Positions 44,019-47,276 of a DNA stretch of 47,276 nucleotides are shown here, piece after piece. The translations under genes and the position numbers were made by a program. Source of the DNA: a virus (taxonomy: Duplodnaviria > Caudoviricetes); IMG/VR virus record IMGVR_UViG_3300046779_000790, positions 1 to 47,276 of that record. One strand, written 5' to 3'. The notes beneath the pieces are model-generated. The model searched no databases, was not told the origin of the DNA, and was given only the letters and a program-made list of their open reading frames with translations. Each line of letters opens with the position of its first letter. The stretch's first letter is position 1.

Positions 44019-44707
44019 AAATAGCGGTTTGTTTTTATGGCCTTCTGTACGGCGATTCATTTGGTAGAGATTATGACGTAAGACATTGCTGGCCAAATAT
44101 TTCTCGTATGATTCTTGAACCACTTAAAGTGAATCACACTGTTGATGTTTTATTGTCAACTTATACGATTGATGATGCATCAATTGAAACAGAGGTTCGG
44201 GAACTAATTAAGCCAAACTACAAACATATTTCTTCCATCACAAATTCAAATTCCAGAACAACAAAACTTGGAATTTTTCAAATGTTGGAATCAATAGAAA
44301 AGAAAGATTATGATTTTGTAATAATGACAAGAGCAGACTTACATTTTTCAAAATCTGTGGTTGATATGAATATGAATTACGATAAATTTAATTTTTTATT
44401 TCATGAAGACCACCAACAAAAATATTTAACTTGCGACAATTTTTACGCATGGCCATATAAAATTACTAAAGAGGTTGGTAAATCATTTGAAGAATGCCGG
44501 GCTTTAAATAAGCATGACACACATCAACTGTACGATACTTTATCGAAAAATATTCCTGTCGAAGATATACATTACATTTCTGGTGAAGAAAAACACCTCA
44601 GTGATGTTAATAAATATTTTACAATATGTAAACCAGGTTACGGAAACGATAGGATTGACCACGGTATGCATGAAGATGTGATTAAAAGATTTGATTATAA
44701 AAAATGA
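44015..44707 (+). CDS. Glycosyltransferase-like protein (KIA..F.G family), paralog 1
   Basis: MKIAVCFYG...YDFVIMTRAD. Confidence 0.6.
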   Translation: MKIAVCFYGLLYGDSFGRDYDVRHCWPNISRMILEPLKVNHTVDVLLSTYTIDDASIETEVRELIKPNYKHISSITNSNSRTTKLGIFQMLESIEKKDYDFVIMTRADLHFSKSVVDMNMNYDKFNFLFHEDHQQKYLTCDNFYAWPYKITKEVGKSFEECRALNKHDTHQLYDTLSKNIPVEDIHYISGEEKHLSDVNKYFTICKPGYGNDRIDHGMHEDVIKRFDYKK

Positions 44708-45390
44708 AAAAATGTATAGTATTATCTGGTCAATATAGAACTTTTGAACAGACTTGGAAAAATATTAAAGAATTCATTGATATGAATGAATTGGATGTTT
44801 ATTGCCATATGTGGTCAACGGATGTGAATGAGGTCAATAGTATTGTTGATAGGTTGAAACCAGTCAGATACTTGGTAGAAAATCCAACAAAATATACTGG
44901 CCAATTTGAAGCAATTGAACGAAACGTTCTTTTAAAAAATCCAAAGCCATTATCAATCGACAAGATTGCAGGTAATGCTTCTATGAATTATAGTCGAAAG
45001 AAGGCATTTGAACTGATTGAAGATGAATACGATTCTTTGGTTTATTGTCGTTATGATATTGGTTTCAGAAATATGATTAAATTTGATGAGATTGGAGTTA
45101 CTGTTACACCTCTTGAAGAATCGTACAATTTGATATCCGATATCTTTGCAGTGATGCCTTTCAAAGACGCAAAACATTATTTTCTATTTGATGAATATGA
45201 ACGTTTGCACTCAACACCATTTGAACCTGAATTTGTTGACTGGTTAAGGAATGTTAAGAAATATCCAGAGCAGGACATTAAGATACATATAGAACAAAGA
45301 TATTGTCCTCATATGATGTTGATGAGAAATTTAATTATGAATAATGTTTCATTCATTTCTGAAAATATACCGGTACACTTACAACGATGA
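44704..45390 (+). CDS. Glycosyltransferase-like protein, paralog 2
   Basis: LSGQYRT, DVYCHMW, YDSLVYCRYD, SDIFA. Confidence 0.6.
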   Translation: MKKCIVLSGQYRTFEQTWKNIKEFIDMNELDVYCHMWSTDVNEVNSIVDRLKPVRYLVENPTKYTGQFEAIERNVLLKNPKPLSIDKIAGNASMNYSRKKAFELIEDEYDSLVYCRYDIGFRNMIKFDEIGVTVTPLEESYNLISDIFAVMPFKDAKHYFLFDEYERLHSTPFEPEFVDWLRNVKKYPEQDIKIHIEQRYCPHMMLMRNLIMNNVSFISENIPVHLQR

Positions 45391-46064
45391 AAATTGCATT
45401 ATGTTTTTCTGGTCAAGCCAGAGCATTTAAACAAGGTTACGAATATTATAAACGTAACCTTTTAGACCATTATGATGTGGATGTCTACATTCATACATGG
45501 AAGTTTTTGGAACAAAATGATTTGGTTGCATTGTACAAACCAAAGGCTTGTGAATTTGAAATACCACCGCAAGGAGATTTCAATACAAAGTACACCAATA
45601 CACCAAACAAAATTAAACATCCTCCAGTTAATACATACAGAATGTTGTATTCAATCTATAAGAGTAATCTACTAATTCAAGGAGATTATGATTGGGTTAT
45701 AAAGGCTCGTACCGATTATGCTTTGAATACTGTTATACCTTTTGGTGAATTGGATGATACCAAATTGTACATACCAAATTGTAGAATGGTACCAGAAAGA
45801 GATTTTGGTAACGACCAGTTTGCTTTTGGTTCACAAAAAACTATGATGAAATATATGTCAACCTATGTTAATGGTGACAAATACTATTATGCAGGTGCTC
45901 AGTTTATTGGTGAGAACATGATGCAAGCCAACTTACATGAACATGGTTTAATTGGTGAAAACCTCGTCTATGTTGATATGAACAATCCTTTTCCTCCTGG
46001 TCCACACAATGGTTCATGGCATTCTTTGATACGTGACGATTACGACCAATGGAACAAATCGTAA
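45387..46064 (+). CDS. Glycosyltransferase-like protein, paralog 3
   Basis: KIALCFSGQAR, DVYIHTW, YDWVIKARTD, NDQFAFG. Confidence 0.65.
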   Translation: MKIALCFSGQARAFKQGYEYYKRNLLDHYDVDVYIHTWKFLEQNDLVALYKPKACEFEIPPQGDFNTKYTNTPNKIKHPPVNTYRMLYSIYKSNLLIQGDYDWVIKARTDYALNTVIPFGELDDTKLYIPNCRMVPERDFGNDQFAFGSQKTMMKYMSTYVNGDKYYYAGAQFIGENMMQANLHEHGLIGENLVYVDMNNPFPPGPHNGSWHSLIRDDYDQWNKS

Positions 46065-46801
46065 AAAAATTTGACGGACATTCGGGCAGCCAAATCTATT
46101 TGATGAAGAATGAAAATGGTTTGTTTGTTCGGAAAATTAATAATGTTGACAGAAATGCGGAAAGGTTAACTGCATTGTATAGAGTTGGGTATGCAGTTCC
46201 TGTTATTTACAAATATACAAATAATCAACTTGATATGCAGTACATACATGGTTTGGACATTAAAACATATTTGACACATAATAACGTGAATGATTTGTCT
46301 AAGTTTATCATTGCAACATTCAATTCTTTTTCAAGTCAATTTGTTGATAAAGACTATACAAAAGTATATTATCAAAAATTGGCCTGGTTAGATTCAAACA
46401 ATGACCTACCTTTCACCAAAGAACAACTCATAGAAAAACTTCCAAAGATTCTACCTTCTTCAATGTATCATGGTGACTTGACATTGGAAAACATTATGAG
46501 CACCGATTTTGGTTTCCACATGATTGATCCTGTCACGATAGAATATGACTCATATATATTTGACATAGCTAAAATGCGCCAAGATTTACAATGTAAATGG
46601 TTTTTGCGTAATTCTGATATCAAATTGGATACAAAACTGCAACAAATACAAGACAATCTTAGGTTAATTTATCCAGAAGCTTTTGATGACTCTCTATTGA
46701 TATTGATGTTGTTGAGGGTAATGGCACATTGCCAAAAGGATGATTATAATTACAATTTCATAAAAACTAATATCAATAAACTATGGAAAAATATAACTTA
46801 A
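46049..46801 (+). CDS. APH/choline kinase-like phosphotransferase
   Basis: GHSG, HGDLTLENI, IDP motifs. Confidence 0.8.
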   Translation: MEQIVKKFDGHSGSQIYLMKNENGLFVRKINNVDRNAERLTALYRVGYAVPVIYKYTNNQLDMQYIHGLDIKTYLTHNNVNDLSKFIIATFNSFSSQFVDKDYTKVYYQKLAWLDSNNDLPFTKEQLIEKLPKILPSSMYHGDLTLENIMSTDFGFHMIDPVTIEYDSYIFDIAKMRQDLQCKWFLRNSDIKLDTKLQQIQDNLRLIYPEAFDDSLLILMLLRVMAHCQKDDYNYNFIKTNINKLWKNIT

Positions 46802-47276
46802 TTGTATTGTTGACTTGCCACGAAAATAAAGAAACAATAAAAGATACAATACAAAACATATTCAAATTCAATGAAAATGTTTGTATCATTATCAATGATG
46901 GTATGACTGATGGACTAGATGATTTGTCTTTAGAACATGTTCATATTGTCAAAAGAAAACCATTAACAAAAAATGTATTAGGCAACGATGTGTTTCTTAA
47001 TTTTGAGAGATTTGACACGATGGTTCCTTTACATTTGGATTTGTATGAATATATTATTGAAAACAATATAGTTTCTGATTATGTAATATTAATGTCATCA
47101 AACCAACTATTCATTAATCGTGGTTTATATAACTTCATGAAAGATTATGATGCATCTTATTATGATAGAGAAGTTGATAAGGGATGTATAAATTTCTTAA
47201 AATCTAATAGACATTTTAAGAAATATTATGAAGAATTGGGTGAATCGAATTTTGTATATCAATCAAATCATGACGG
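46783..47276 (+). CDS. Hypothetical glycosyltransferase-like protein (3'-truncated by window edge)
   Basis: MEKYNLIVLLTCHENKETIKDTIQNIFKFNENVCIIINDG...; appears open to window end. Confidence 0.55.
   Translation, partial: MEKYNLIVLLTCHENKETIKDTIQNIFKFNENVCIIINDGMTDGLDDLSLEHVHIVKRKPLTKNVLGNDVFLNFERFDTMVPLHLDLYEYIIENNIVSDYVILMSSNQLFINRGLYNFMKDYDASYYDREVDKGCINFLKSNRHFKKYYEELGESNFVYQSNHD

Noticed and set aside
1-47276. Genome-wide TAG stop-codon reassignment
   Set aside because: Despite the CUA tRNA, all core genes are full length in the standard code

Overview
AT-rich segment of a T4-like (T4-superfamily myovirus) phage genome, almost entirely + strand. 1-5632: head module (gp20 partial, gp67, gp21, gp22, gp23) and gp3. 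5684-19510: recombination, late sigma factor and replication accessory genes (uvsY, uvsW, gp55, gp47, gp46, gp45, gp44, gp62, regA) with accessory genes. 19687-22088: Hsp20, rubrerythrin/rubredoxin, dCMP deaminase. 22100-30540: dense RNA island with about 30 tRNA genes (31 in the window) covering all 20 amino acids. 32691-41890: gp43, uvsX, gp41. 41894-end: glycan-modification cluster. The RNA island is the most unusual part and may be a tRNA-surveillance and anti-anticodon-nuclease system. (1) A 33-codon leader ORF uses all 20 amino acids and 30 different codons, and its 3' end can pair with the 5' arm of the downstream terminator, as in a classical attenuator. (2) Five covarying pseudoknot-framed ncRNAs carry anticodon-stem-loop mimics; one carries a complete circularly permuted tRNA. 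(3) A TROVE/vWA-like (DUF2828-type) protein lies directly downstream of two of these RNAs in an apparent operon. (4) Atypical tRNAs: amber CUA, 8/4-fold Ser, long-arm UAU and a mini Gly-like element. All calls were made by eye from the sequence and ORF track; no database searches or folding programs were run, and functional models are inference.
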